A DNA stretch of 64,000 nucleotides from Euglena gracilis (taxonomy: Eukaryota). The stretch lies in assembly GCA_039621445.1 (NCBI GenBank), contig CP154954.1:48649847-48713846 (forward strand), read 5' to 3'. A program made the translations under genes and the position numbers. Shown in pieces: positions 63,875 to 64,000 of the stretch. Below the pieces are notes generated by a model, which was not told the DNA's origin, did no database searches, and saw nothing but the letters and a program-made list of their open reading frames with translations. The first letter of the stretch is position 1; each line of letters starts with the position of its first letter.

Positions 63875-64000
63875 CAAGCACCTATAGTCAAAATGGCCGA
63901 AAATGGCCGAAAATGGCCGAAAATGGCCGAAAATGGCCGAAAATGAAATTTTGGGCTCTATAGGTGGGGGTCCCGAAAATGGCCGAAAATGGCCGAAAAT
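63875..64000. mobile_element. Left end of the same hAT-type family with an (AAAATGGCCG)n array; runs off the window
   Basis: CAAGCACCTATAG followed by a 10-mer array and internal CTATAGGTGGGGGTCCC, as at 18397. Confidence 0.85.

Overview
Repeat-rich eukaryotic genomic DNA, most likely from a euglenid (Euglena-like). This is inferred from the intron structure, TTAGGG-type telomeric repeats and a Euglena-style plastid-targeting anchor, not from a database match. The window holds at least three, possibly four, multi-exon protein genes. (1) A tandem CCCH zinc-finger gene on + (~3.4-7.35 kb). (2) One or two genes on - (~40.4/43.9 kb down to 26.2 kb, possibly further), the upstream part probably plastid-targeted. 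(3) A Pcf11-type CID-domain gene on + (~49.9 kb to >63.5 kb). Reading frames can only be rebuilt by combining ordinary GT-AG introns with about a dozen non-GT-AG (nonconventional) introns. In these the two ends base-pair in a fixed register: intron +4 pairs with -6, usually CAG...CTG. Introns and intergenic DNA are packed with MITE-like elements. One hAT-type family has 8-bp target-site duplications and interchangeable 10-bp subterminal arrays, and one copy sits in an interstitial telomere-like array. There are also foldback elements, palindromic repeats and microsatellites. Main hypothesis: the 3+5 nt that flank the intron stem equal one 8-bp hAT TSD, so nonconventional introns may be spliced-out hAT MITE insertions. 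Gene models were built by hand; several junctions are ambiguous and some stretches look like low-quality consensus.
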